Shown piece after piece: positions 46,850-60,283 of a stretch of DNA of 64,000 bases. This DNA is from the human T2T-CHM13v2.0 reference genome, Homo sapiens: assembly GCF_009914755.1 (NCBI RefSeq), contig NC_060926.1; one strand, given 5' to 3'. The notes below the pieces were generated by a model that was not told the origin of the DNA, ran no database searches, and saw nothing but the letters and a program-made list of their open reading frames with translations. The first letter of the stretch is position 1. Every line of letters starts with the position of its first letter. The translations under genes and the position numbers were made by a program.

Positions 46850-47470
46850 TAAGTCAGCAGCTTCAGTCTAAATCTGTCTTGCCACCTGTTTTTGTACATA
46901 AAGTTTTATTAGAACACAGCATCACCTGTTCATTTATCTATTTATCTAATGTCTATGACTATGTGCATATTATGTGTAGAGTTGAGTAGTTGTGGCACAG
47001 ACCATATGAATTACAAAGCCAGATATGAATTCATAGGCCATATGAATTACAAGGCTACATATTTACTATCTAGTCTGTATTAGTCCATTTTCATGCTGCG
47101 GACAAAGACATACCTAAGACTGGGAAGAAAAAGAGGTTTGAGTAGACTTACAGTTCCACGTGGCTGGGGAGGCCTCAGAATCGTGGCAGGAAGCAAAAGG
47201 CACTTCTCACATGGCAGCAGCAAGAGAAAATGAGGAAGATGTAAAAGCAGAAACCCTTGATAAAACCATCAGATCTCATGAGACTTATTCACTACCACAA
47301 GAACAGTATGGGGGAAACCACTCACATGATTCAAATTATCTCCCACCAGGTCCCTCCTACAACATGTAGGAATTATAGGAGTACAATTCAAAATGAGATT
47401 TGAGTGGGGACACAGAGCCAAATCATATCCTAGTCTATACAGAAAATGTTTGCTGAATGCTACCCTAGAC
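46850..47470 (+). mobile_element. MER58-type hAT element split by THE1
   Basis: CCACCTGTTTTTGTACATAAAGTTTTATTAGAACACAGC...GAGTTGAGTAGTTGTG...ATATTTACTATCT, resuming TACAGAAAATGTTTGCTGA after the LTR. Confidence 0.8.
47076..47430 (-). mobile_element. THE1 (THE1C-like) solo LTR
   Basis: TGTATTAGTCCATTTTCATGCTGC...GGGGACACAGAGCCAAATCATATC; perfect TSD TAGTC at 47071-47075 and 47431-47435. Confidence 0.9.
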
Positions 47471-47990
47471 CACTGGACATATAAACACATTATTAAATCA
47501 GCAGATCCCTGAGTGTTCATGGATTGTATATGGCATTTAATATCATATACATGTGTTATAAAGGCCTCTAAAGAATTTGTTACTTCTTTCTCACCAGACC
47601 TAATTATTATGATATCATCAATGTACTGGATAAACATAACATGTCTCCAGATGAAGATACATTTTAAATTGATTGCCACATGGAGTGGGAGAGTTAATAT
47701 TGCTCTGAGATAAAACAATAAAGGTCAATAGCTATTTCTGCCAGTTAAAAGCAAATGGCTTTATCTAAGTATTTTTCTAATTGATATAGAGAAAAAATAC
47801 ATTGGAAGATGAAGAGAGCAGCTTCAATCAGAGGTACTTTTTAAATAAAGCTTTTGATATGCTATTGCCATTCCTTAAGATCCATTTGTTTTCTGCACAG
47901 GACAAAATGGGCATATTTCATGAAGATGTTTGAGTAAGCACCTCCATCTGTTAAGTTTTTTATGAAAATACTTCCATGGTTCCAGGGATG
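47470..47990 (-). pseudogene. ERVL-class pol reverse-transcriptase fragment
   Basis: Minus-strand translation KPFAFNWQK*LLTFIVLSQ...QYIDDIIIIRSGEKEVTNSLE...TQGSADLIMCLYVQW matches the ERVL RT pattern (QFAFSWQGQQYTFTVLPQG...HYIDDIML...IQGP...FLGVQW); YIDD at 47614-47625. Confidence 0.8.
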
Positions 47991-48440
47991 TAAATAGTTT
48001 TGAGAGACTGTCGTGATAAGATGGGTTACCTCAGGGGACAACAGCAGCAAAATGGTGGAACAGGAATCCCCAGGCCCTCCCCTTACCGTGAAGACATGGA
48101 CTCAACAACAATCTATAGACCAATTCCATTTGTGAGAAATCAGAAACCATTTCAGAGGCTCCTGTACTCCAGGCAAACATGAGCCAGTAGGAAAATCAAT
48201 GGCACTTACTCACCAGAGTCTCACCTTTTGACAGCATGAGGCAATCAGGAAACTTCTGGCTCCTGGTTTTGTTGCTGGGGGAAGATAGAGAAGACTGAAC
48301 CATATGTCCAACATTTTGACTTTGTGTGAGGTTGGGGGGATTGCTGGCTGACAGACTAGCTAGTCTTGCCAGAATCTAAGCACTGACAGGAAAAGGTGCC
48401 AGGTAGAATCCCACTGAAAACAAAGGCAATACTTAAAACT

Positions 48441-48442
<2 letters not shown>

Positions 48443-48489
<47 letters not shown>

Positions 48490-48497
48490 TCACTCAC
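48443..48497. repeat. (CA)n followed by (CACT)n microsatellite
   Basis: Directly visible. Confidence 0.9.
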
Positions 48498-49089
48498 CGT
48501 ATTCCCTTCTTCTGTCTCAGCATAGAATGAGAGGGAGAAAATGCCCAACTTCTATCTTTAACCTGGGGAGAAAAATATTTGGAGAAAATGTTCAATGTTT
48601 TGGCTTTTTGAGAGACTGCCCAAGAAATTAGCTTCTGTCTCACCTGTTTCAAAGAATTAATGGAAACCAGCATATTCTAGATGCCTAGGGGCTACTAAGA
48701 ACAAAAGAGAGCTGGCCAGTTTACTCTTGCTCTAGAAGACCCACAGTATTGCAAACAGAGGCCAGTGCTGTTTGGTAGCCTCTCAGCTGGAAAAGAGAAG
48801 AGTAGAATCGACATCCAACATTCTGCCTTTTGGAGGGACTGCCAGAGGAACTGATTTCTGTCTTTTCCCATTCAGAGTACTGATAGAACCCAACGTACTC
48901 TAAAAGCCTGAGGACCACTGAGCACAAAAGTGAACTAGGTGGCTTGCAGCAACTAGAGAATCTGCAATACTATAGACACCAGACGATGCAAAATATTATA
49001 AGCTACATTAAATAAAGAAACCAGCAAATTCCTGTAATTAGGAAATTACCCACACAAGTCCAGAGAAGATATATCTACAGAAAAGGTAC

Positions 49090-51376
49090 TGTATTAGTGT
49101 GTTCTCATGCTGCTGTGAAGAACTGCATGAGACTGGGTAATTTATAAAGAAAAAAGGTTTAATATACTCAGTTTCACATGGCTGGAGAGGCCTGAAGAAA
49201 CTTACAATCATGGCAGAAGGGGAAGTAAACACATCCTTCTTCATAAGGCGACAGGAGAGAGAAGTGCAGAGCAAAGGGGGGAAACGCCCTTATAAAACGA
49301 TGAGATCTCATGAGCACTCACTCACTATCACAAAACAGCATGGGGGAACCATCCCTATGATCTAATTACCACCCATGAGGTCCCTCCCCAAAGACGTGGG
49401 GATTACACTTTGGAATACAATTCATGATGAGATTCAGGTGGGGACACAGAGCCAGACCATATCATTCTTCCCTGGCCCCTCCCAAATCTTGTTTTTCTCA
49501 CAGTTCTAAACAAAATTATGCCTTCCCAACAGTTCTTCAACGTCTTAACTCATTTCAGCATTAACCCCAAAGTCCAAGTCAATAGTCTCATCTGAAACAA
49601 GGCAAGTCCCTTCTGCCTATGAGCCTGTAAAGTCAAAAGCACGTTAGTTACTTTATCAACACAACGGAGATACAGGCATTGGGTAAACACACATTTTACA
49701 AATGGGAGAAATTAGCCAAAACAAAGAGGATATAGGACCCATGCAATTCTGAAAACAAATGAGGCAGCAATTAAATCTTAAATCTTCAAAAGAATCTCCG
49801 TTGACTCAATGTCTCACATCCAAGTCATGTTGATACAAGAGATGGGCTCCTATGGCCTTAGGCAGGTCTACCCCTGTGGCCTTGCAGGGTACAGCCCCCC
49901 ACTCCTGGCTACATTCATGAGCTGGTGTTGAGTGTCTGCTATTTTTCCAGGTATGCAATGCAACCTCCTGGTGGGTTTACCATTCTGGGGTCTGGAGGAT
50001 GGTGGCCCTCTTCTCGCAGCTCCACTAGGCAGTGCCCAAGTGGGGACTCTGTGTGGGGCCTCCAACCCCACATTTTCCTTCCACACAGCCCTAGCAGAGC
50101 TTCTCACTCTGGGCCCCACCCCTGGAGCAAACTTCTGCCTGGACATCCAGGAGTTTCCATACACCCTTTGAAATCTAGGCGGAGGTTCCCAAACCTTAAT
50201 TCTTGACTTCTGTGCACCTGCAGGCTCAATGACACATGGAAGCTGCCAAGGCTTGGGGCTTTCATCCTATGAAGCCATGGCCCTAGCTCTATCTTGGCCC
50301 TTTTTAGCCAAGGCTAGAGTGACTGGGACACAGGAAACCAAGTCCCTAGGCTGCACACTGCAGGAGGACCCTAGGCCTGACCTATGAAACCATTTTTTCC
50401 TTCTAAGCCTCTTGGCCTGTGATGGGAGGGGCTGCCATGAAGGTCTCTTACATGTCCTGGGGACATTTTCCCCTTGTCTTGGTGATTAACATTAGGCTCC
50501 TTGTTACTTAAGCAAATTTCCACAGCAGTATTTTCTTCCTAGAAAATTGATTTTTCTTTTCTATTGCATCATCAGGCTGCAAGTTTTCCAAATATTTATG
50601 TTCTGCTTCCTCTTGAATGCTTTGCCACTTAGAAATGTCATCTGCCATATACCCTAAATCATCTCTCTCAGGTTCAAAGTTTCACAGATCTCTAGGGCAG
50701 GGGCAAAATGCTGCCAGTGTCTTTGCTAAAGCATAGCAAGAATTACCTTTATTCCGGTTTCCAACAAGTTTCTCATCTCCACCTGAGACCACCTCAGCCT
50801 GGACTTCTTTGTCCATATCTCCGTCAACATTTTGGTCAAAGCCATTCAACAAGTCTCTAGGAAGTTCCAAACTTTCCCGCATTTTCCTTTCTTCTTCTGA
50901 GCCCTCCTTCTTCTGAGCCTTCTGGGTAACTGCCTGTTACCCAGTTCCAAAGTCACTTCCACTTTATCAGGTATCCTTATAGGAGCACCCCACTATCTGC
51001 CAATTTACTGTATTAGTTCATTTTCACACTGCTATAAAGACCTGCCTGAGACTCAGTAATTTATAAAGAAAAGAAGTTTAATTGATTCAGAGTTCCACAT
51101 TGCTAGGGAGGCCACAGGAAACTTATAATTGAGGCAGAAGGGGAAGCAAATATGTTCTTTACAAGGCAGCAGGAGAGAGAAGTGCAGAGTGATGGTGAGA
51201 AAAGCCCACTATAAAACCATCAGATCTCATGAGAACTCACACACTATCACAAGAACAGCAGAGGGGGGCACAATTTAATCACTTCTATAAGATCCCTCCC
51301 CGAACGCATGGGTATTATACTTCATATTACCATTCAAGATGAGATGTGGGTGGAGACACAGAGCCAGACCATATCA
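49090..51376 (-). mobile_element. Complete THE1D provirus (LTR 49090-49464, internal 49465-51008, LTR 51009-51376)
   Basis: Two homologous LTRs TGTATTAG...GCCAGACCATATCA flank a THE1 internal region of about 1.55 kb; TSD GGTAC/GGTAG at 49085-49089 and 51377-51381. Confidence 0.9.
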
Positions 51377-54300
51377 GGTAGAAATAGCACCAAGAATCTC
51401 TAGCTAGATTGATTGGTGATCTTTGTCTGTATGAAGCCAGTTCATGTAGAAAAAGAGGTGGCTGTTTTTAAAATGTGTAGATTCCAATACATATTAAAAA
51501 GTCTGAGAAGGAAACAAGGAAACATAATCCAATCAAGGGAACAAAATAAATCTCCAGAAATCAACCTTAAAGAAAAGGAGACTTTGGCATCCCCTGACAA
51601 AGAATTCCATGTAACTGAAATAAAGTGCTCAGTAAACTATGAAGGCTGGCATGAACAAAATGAGAATATCAACAAAGATATATGACATATAAAAAAGAAC
51701 CAAATAAGAATTTTGGAGCTAAAGAATACAATAACTGAATTGAAAAACTCTCTAAAGGGGTTCACCTGCATATTTAATTAAGCAGAAGAAAGAACCATTG
51801 AACCTGAGGAAAGGTCATTTGGAATTATCCAGTGAGAGTAACAAAAAGAAGGCAAAAGAATGAAGAAAGCATATGAGACTTATGGAATACCATAAAGCAG
51901 ATCAATATACTCATTACAGAAGACCTAGAATGAGAAAAGAGAATGAATGTGACAGAAAGCTTATTTGAAAAAAATAATGTTATGAAACTTTCCAAGTCTG
52001 AAGAAGGAAGAAAACACCCAGACTTAGGAAGCACACAGACAGACTACAACTAGAACTACAACTAAAATAAATTCAAATAAGTTCACACTGAGAAAGACTG
52101 TATTATATTGTCAAAAGTCAAAGACAAAGAAAATGTTGAAAGCAGCAAAAGAAAGGAAATTCATACAGTATAGGAAGTCCAATAAGACTTTCAACAGATT
52201 TCTCAGCAGAAATCCTGCATTCTAGAAAGAAATGCAATTATGTATTCAAAGTGCTGGAAAAAAGAAAACCCTGAAAACCAAGAATACCACATCTGACAAA
52301 ACTGCCCTTCAAAAATGAAGGATAAAAAAAGACTTTCTTAGATAAATAAGCCCTGAGAGGATTCATCACCACTAGACTCAGGTAATAAAAATATTTAAAC
52401 GGAGTCCTTTAAGGTGAAGTGACAGGATGCTAGAGAGTAACACAAAAGCATATAAAAATATAAAGTTTATGATTAAAGTAAATATATACACAAATAGTGG
52501 ATACTGTAATATTTTTTAAATGGTGCTTAAATAACTTCGAATTCTGCTATATAAATTAAAAGTAAATAATATAAAAATAACTATAACAATGTGCTCTAAT
52601 AGATACACAATTAAACAGTGTAATTATTGAGATAAAATGATGTGTGCATGGGAGAAGCAATAGAGTTTAGTTTTGTATGAAGTTAAATTATGTTGTTATA
52701 AATTAAAAGAGATAATTATAAGATGTTTTACAGAAATACCATGGTAACAACAAAAAAGGCCTATAGAAGATATACAAAAGAAAATGAGAAAGAAATCAAA
52801 CCATGTCACCACAAAAAAATTAATGAAACACAAAGGAAGAGAAGAAGAAAGAAAAAAAGGGGCAAAAAGTTGCAAGGTAGACAAAATAATTAACAAAATG
52901 TCAAGAGTAAGTTCAGCTCTATAAGTAATTACTTTAAATGTAAATGGATTAAATTTCCCAATCAAAAGACAGAGCAACTGAATACTTTTCTAAAAAACAA
53001 GACCCAACTATATGCTGTCTACATGAGACTTACTTTAGATTTAAGGACACACATAGGCTGAAGTAAGGGATTTAAAAAATATATTATATGAAAATGGTAG
53101 CCAAAAGAGAGCAGAATTGGCCATAGTTGTATCAGATGAAATAGACTTTAAGTCAAAATTTGAATTAAAAACAAATAAGAACATTATATAATAATAAAAG
53201 AACCAATTCACCAGGAATATATAATAATTATAAATATATTTGCACCCAACATCATAGTACCCAAATATATAAAGCAATAACTGACAGAACAAAAGGAAGA
53301 AATAGCAATAGAATAATGGGGATTTCAATATCCAACTTTTAATAAACAATGAAACATTTAGGCAGAATATTAATTCAAAAACAGAACAATGTTTCAAAAT
53401 TGAACAATATTGTAGATCAAATAGACATAACAGATACATGCAAAACACACTACCCAACATTATCAGAATACATATTCTTCTCAAGTTTACATGGAACACT
53501 CTCCAGGAAAGATCACATTAGATCACAAAGCAAGTCTTAACAATTTTAAAAGATTAAATTATACCAAATATCTTTTTGGAATAAAAATGGAATAAAGGTA
53601 GAAAGAAAAGAAAAAAATTTAGAAGTACATGGAAATTAATAAAACACTCCTGAAAAAAATTAATGAGTCAAAGAAGAAATCAAAAAGGAAATTAGAAAAC
53701 ATCCTGACACAAACAAAAATGATAACATAACATACTAAAATTTTTGGGATACAGCAAAAGCAATACCAAAAGGGAGGTTTAAAGCAGCAAATGCCTACAT
53801 TAAAAAATAAGACAGATAAAAAAATGACCTAACTTTAAACCTCAAAGAACTAGAAAAAAATTAAGTCCAATCTCATAGAACAAAGGAAATAATAAAGATT
53901 GGAGCAGAAACAAGAAAAATTAAGAATATTAAAACAGAAAAATATTGAAACTAAGAATTTGATTTTTCAAAACCAAGTTGACAAATTCTTAGCTAGATTA
54001 AGAATAAAAGAAGGAAGAATTCAAATAAATAAAATTAGAAATAAAACAGGAGATATCAAAACTGATGTGGAAATAAAAAAAGGTTATAAATGATTATTGT
54101 GAACAATAGTACACCAAAAATTGGATAACCTAAAAGAGATGGGTATATTCTAGATACATATAACTCATCAAAACAGAATCATGAAAAAGTATAAAATCTT
54201 AACAGACCAATAATTAGCAGGGAGATTCCATTAATAATAAAAAAAATCTCTCAACAAAGAAAAGCCCAGGACCTAATGACTTCACTAGACAATTCTGCTA

Positions 54301-54501
54301 AACATTTAGATATGAATTAACACTAATTCTTCTGAAACTCTACCAAAAATGAAAAAAAAAAAGAAACAAGGGTGAGAACACTTCCAAAATTATTCTGTAA
54401 GGCCAGCATCACTATGTTACCAAAGTCAGAAAATAACTCTACAAGAAAACTACTGGCCAATATCTCTGATGAATACAAATGCAAAAATCCTCCACCAAAT
54501 G

Positions 54502-54834
54502 TAGTGGTCCTTCTGTGGGCGATTGGTTTCAGGACTCACTGTGGATACCAAAATCCACAGATGCTCACGTCCTTTGTATAAAATGGTGTAGTATTTGCAT
54601 ATGACCTACACACATTCTCCCATATACTTTAAATTATCTCCAGATTACTTAAACTATCTAATACAATGTAAATGCAATGTACATAGTTGTTATATTCTAT
54701 TGTTTAGGAAATAACAACCAGAAAATCTGTACATGTTTAGTACAGATGAAATTATCCATATTTAAAAAATTATTTTTGATCCATGATTGCTTGAGTCCAC
54801 AGATGCTGAACTCACAGAAACAGAGAGCTGACTA
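54502..54834. mobile_element. MER2 (TcMar-Tigger)
   Basis: GGATACCAAAATCCACAGATGCTCA...GTATTTGCATATGACCTACAC...CAGAGAGCTGACTA|TA; interrupts L1 ORF2 at ...CAAAT|CTAGCAAAC. Confidence 0.88.
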
Positions 54835-56130
54835 TACTAGCAAACCGAATTCAACAGCACATAAAAAGTGCTACACCATAACCAAGTGGAATTTGTCTCT
54901 GGGATGCAAAGATGGTTCAACATACCTGAAGCAATCAATGTGATATACCACTTTAACATAACAGAGTATAAAATTTATGATCACCTAAATAGATGCAGAA
55001 AAAGCATTTGAAAAAATTCAACCCCATTTCAAAAAAACTCAACAAATTAGAAATAGAAGGAAATTACTTCAACATAATAAAGGCCATATATGAAAATACC
55101 ACAGGTAACATCAGTATCAAAGGGAAATGCCTGAAAGCTTTTCATCTAAGATAAGGGACAAGTCAAGGATGCCCACTCTTGCAACTTCTCTCTATCTATC
55201 CAACATGGTACTGGAATTCCTAGCTAGGACAATGGAAAAGAAAGAAAGGAAACAGTCAATAATCAACTCAAAAAGGACAAAATAACTAAACATATTGAAA
55301 CTGTATCTCTGGTATACTTGAAACTATAAAACTTCTAGAAGAAAACATAAGAGAAAACCTTTATAACACTGTTCTTGGCAATGATTTCTTGTATGTGACA
55401 CCAAAGCACAGACAACAAAAGCAAAAATAAATAAGTGGGACTACATCAAACTAAAATGTTTCTACATAGCAAAGAAAACATCAACAGAGTAATAAGGCAA
55501 CATACAGAATGGTAGAAAATATTGCAAACCTTATATTTGATAAAGGGTTAATATCCAAAATATGTGAAGAATTCAAATCAATAGCAAGAAAATAAACAGT
55601 TTACTTAAAAAATGGGCAACAGACTTTAATGGACATTTCTCCTAAAACATATACAAATGACTGACAGATATATAAAAATATTCTCAACATCACCAATCAT
55701 CAGAGAAATGAAAATTAAAACTATAATGAAATGTTACCTCACACCTGTTAGAATGGTTATTATATTAAAGAAAGAAAGGAAAATAACAAACCTTGGCAAG
55801 GAAGTGAAAAATTGGAACTCTTGTACACTCTTGGTGGAAAAGTAAAATAGTGCAGCCACTTTAAAAAACAAGATAGAAATTCCTCAGAAAATTAAAAATA
55901 GAATTACTAAATAATCCAGTCATTTAACTTCTAACTATTTATCAAAAAGAATTGAAATCAGGATCTGGGGTGGGGGAAGATATCAAAATAGAAGGCTCCA
56001 CTGAACAGTTCCCCAAAAGACACCAATTTAAACTATCTACACACAAAATAAGCACCTTCTTAAGAACCAAAAATCAGGTGAGTACTCACAGTACTGCTTT
56101 TAAGTTCACATCACTGAAAGAGACACTGAA

Positions 56131-56439
56131 GGCCGGGCATGGTGGCTCACGCCTGTAATGCCAGCACTTTGGGAGGCCGAGGCAGGTGGATCATGAGGTC
56201 AGGGGATTGAGACCATCCAGGCTAACACAGTGAAACCCCGTCTCTACTAAAAATACAAAAACAAAATTAGCTGGGCGTGGTGGTGGGTGCCTGTAATCCC
56301 AGCTACTCAGGAGGCTGAGGCAGGAGAATGGCGAGAACCAGGGAAGCAGAGCTTGCAGTGAGCGGAGGTAGCACCACTGCACTCCAGCCTGGGCAACAGA
56401 GCGAGACGCCATGTCAAAAAAAAAAAAAAAAAAAAAAAA
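56131..56439 (+). mobile_element. AluY
   Basis: GACCATCCAGGCTAACACAGTG, GAGAATGGCG, GCTTGCAGTGAG; 14-bp TSD AAAGAGACACTGAA at 56117-56130 and 56437-56450. Confidence 0.9.
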
Positions 56440-57937
56440 GAGACACTGAAGTGGTAGGAAAAACAGTCTTTAATAATTGACACCATCCCTCCCCTATGCC
56501 CTGGCAGTGGTAGTCCCAGTACACTTTTAGTAGGGGTGGCCACAGGATTGCTTGTGTCACTCTACCCCCAGCTCCAGGTGGCTCAGAACACACACACATA
56601 GAAATTTTGTTTGTTTGGGAGAAAGCAAAGAAAGAGAAAAACAGTCTCTGCCTGGCAATCTACAGAATTCTTGTGGATATTGTTCAAGACCATCAAGGGG
56701 ATACCTCTATAAGTCCGCAAGAACCACAGCATTACTGACTTAAGAGTGCCTCCTAAAGTAGATATAGCTTAGATAAACAACAGTCAAATACTTTCAAATA
56801 TCTGAAAAGCCTTCCCAAGGTGGATGAATACAAATAGGCCCAGGCTGAGAAGACTGCAATAAATATCTAACTCTTTAATGTCCAGACACAGATGGACATC
56901 TACAAGTATCAAGACCACCCAGGAGAACATGACCTCAACTAATGAACTAAATCAGGCAACAGGGATCAATCCTGGAAAAACAGAGATATGTGACCTTTCT
57001 GAAAGAGAATTAAAAATAGCTGTGTTAAGGAAACTCAAAGAAATTCAAGATAAAACAGAGAAGGAATTCAGAATTCTACTCACAAATTTAACAAAAATTG
57101 AAATAATTTAAAAGAATCAAGCAGAAGTTCTGTGGATGAAAAATTTTATTGGCATACTGACAGATGCAGAGGAGTCTTTAATAGCAGAACTGATAAAGGA
57201 GAACAAAGAATTGGTGAGTTAGAAAACAGGCTATTTAAAAATACAGTCAGAATTGGCAAAAGAAAACAGAATAAAAAACAATGAAGCATGCCTATGACAT
57301 GTAGAAAATATCCTCAAAACGGCAAATCTAAGAGTTATTGGTCTTCATGAGGAAGTACAGAAAGAGATAGGGGTAGAAAGTTTATTGAAAAGGACAACAT
57401 TAGAAAACTCCCCAAAGCTAGAGAACGATATCAACATTCAAGTGCAAGAAGGTTATAGAACACCAGGCAGATATAACTCAAAGAATAAATCAAGGCATCT
57501 AATAATCAAACTCCCAGAGGTAAAGGATAAAGAAAGGATACTAGAGAGAAAAGAAACAAATAACGTACAATGGAGCTCCAATATGTTTGGCAGCAGAATT
57601 TTCAATGGAAACTTTACAGTCCAGAAGAGAGTGGCATAGCGTGTTTACAGTGTTGAAAGAAAAAAAGTTTTACCCTAGAATAGCATATCTTGTGAAAACA
57701 ACCTCCAAAGATGAAGGAGAAATACTTTCCCAGATACACAAAAGCTGAGGGACTTTTATCAACACCATACCTGCCCTGTAAGAAATGCTAAAGAGAGTAC
57801 TTCAATCAGAAAGAAAAGAATGTTAATGAGAAATAAGAAATCATCTGAAGGTAAAAAAAAAAAATCTCACTGGTAATACTGAATAAACAGAAAACTAGAA
57901 ATTCATAACACTATAATTGTGGTGTGTAAACTACTCT

Positions 57938-58671
57938 TGAAATCACCTTTGCAAAAATTATAACTGAGAAAATTATAACAGTGAAGGAGATCTGAGCTAA
58001 GTAACTCCATCTGGCTTCTAATCTCCAAGCTGTCCTTGCTCATTCCTAGGCATCAGCCAAACTAACTTTGGGAAGAACTTAGTTTATAGTTCAACTTTGA
58101 AACAAAGACAATAAGAGCCCTGGCCCAAAACAAACCACCTTCCTGCTTGAGGACTAGCCTGTCTTTGCAGAACTAACAAATTAGCCACAAGATTAGAAAT
58201 TATGCTTTAGGAGTCACACAGCTGGAGGCTGCAAGATTCTGAACCTCCCCAAATTGCTTCTGGGGATAACATCACTATTATAAAACCTAAGATCAGTGCT
58301 TGAGATATGTTGCAGACCCTGTACTTGATAGATAAGCTGGCATCACCAAAATGGATAAAATGGTTCATCTTGTATTGGGGCCCCTACCCAGGAAGTGACT
58401 TAGCAGAAGATGACAGTGTTGACTCCCTATGACTTTATCTCTAACTCAACCAGTCCGCACTCTTGACTCACTGGCCTCCTATGTACTAAATTATCCTTAA
58501 ATATCCCAATTCCCAAGTTTTTGCAGTTACTGATATGAGTAATAATAAAACTCTAGTCTCCCATACAGCTGGCTCTGCATGAATTAAACCATTTCTCTAT
58601 TGCAATTTCCCTGTCTTGATAAGTCAGCTCTGCCTAGGTAGTGGGCAAGAAGGACCCATTGGTCGGTTACA
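57938..58671 (+). mobile_element. LTR8A (ERV1) solo LTR
   Basis: TGAAATCACCTTTGCAAAAATTATAACTGAGAAAATT...AATAATAAAACTC...GGTCGGTTACA; 4-bp TSD CTCT on both sides. Confidence 0.87.
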
Positions 58672-60283
58672 CTCTTATCTTAGACTAAATGGTGAACCAA
58701 TCAAAAATAACACCTGTAACAACATTTCAATACATGGACATTTTAAATAGAAACAACAAAAATTTACAAAGTTTAGGGACAAAGTTAAGGTATAGAGACC
58801 TTATGAGTCCTTATTAGTTTTCTTTCACTTGTTTGTGTGTGTGTGTTTGCAAATAACATTAAGTTGTTATCAGCTTAAAATCATGTGCTACAAGATAGTA
58901 TTTGCAAGCCTCATGTTGACCTCAAACCAAAGAACATACAACAAATAAACAAAAAAATACAAAGCAAGAAACTAAATTGTATCATCAGGGAAAATCACCT
59001 CAAGTGAAAGGAAGAAAGAAAGAAAAAAAAAAGAAGATTACAAAACAACCAGAAAACATGTAACGAAATGGCAGGAGAAAGTACTTACTTATCAATAATA
59101 ACATTAAATGTAAATGGACTAAACTCTCCAAACAAAAGAGACAGAGCACCTGAATGAATTAAAAAATAAGACTGAATGATCTGTTGCTGATAAGAAACAC
59201 ACTTCCTCAATGAAGACACATATAGACTAAAAATAAAGGAACAGAAAAAATATTCCATGCAAATGGAAACCAGAAAAGCAGGAATAGCTGTACTTACATT
59301 GGAAAAAAACAGACTTCAAGACAAAAACTAGAAGAGGACACAAAGAAGGTCACTATGTAATGATAAAGGGGTAAATTCAGCAAGATGATATGGCAATTAT
59401 AAAAATATATGTACCCAATACTGGAAAACCATGATATATAAATAAATATTGCTAGAGCTAAAGAGTAGAGCTACTACTCCAATGCAGTAATAGACGGAGA
59501 CTGCAACAACCAATTTTCATTATTGGACAGATCTTCCAGATAGGAAATCAACAAAGAAACTTCAGGCATAATCTCCACTATAGACCAAATGGACCTAATA
59601 AATATTTACAGAACATTTCATCTAACAGCTGCAGAATACACATTATTTTCCTCAGCACATGGATTATTCTCAAGGATAGTCCATATGTTAGGTCACAAAA
59701 CAAGTCTTAAAACATTAAAAAAATTGAAGTAGTATAAAACAAACATCTTCTCTGACCACAATGGAATAAAAGTAGAAATCCATATAAAGAATTGTTGAAA
59801 CTATACAAAAAATGGAAATTAAACAATATGCTGAATGGCCAATGGGTCAATGAATAAATTAAGAAGAAATCGAAAAAGGTCTTGAAACAAATAATAATGG
59901 CAACACAACATACCAAAACCTATGGAATACAGCAAAAGTACTACTAAGAGGAAAATTTATAGCTATAAGTGCCTACATTAAGAAAGAAGAAAAACTTCAA
60001 ATAAACAACCAAATGATGAATCTTAAAGAAATAGAAAAGCAAGAGCTAACTGAACTCAAAATTAGTTCAATAACGACAATGAAAAATAAAAACAGAGAAA
60101 AAATGAAATTGAAATGAAGAAAACAAAACAAAATATCAATAAAACACAAAAAGTTCTTTTTTGAAAACAAACAAAATTGACATAACCATTAGCCATTCTA
60201 ATAAAAAATGGAAGATCCAAATAAATAAAATTATAGTTAAAAAAAGAGACATTAGGACTGATACTGCAGAAATTCAAAGGATT

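Larger units (their letters stand above)
48030..55966 (+). mobile_element. Old L1M (L1M3/L1MB-era) with 5'UTR, ORF1 and internally deleted ORF2; hosts THE1D and MER2
   Basis: CAGCAAAATGGTGGAACAGGAA 5' end; ORF1 remnant about 51500-52440; ORF2 from ATG 52898 (...ACTTTAAATGTAAATGGATT); broken off at 55966 by a younger L1. Confidence 0.78.

Noticed and set aside
56450-56560. A second spliced L1 5'UTR, since this 5'UTR seems short
   Set aside because: I cannot place the breakpoints on GT/AG sites without the consensus alignment; an ordinary deletion is equally likely.
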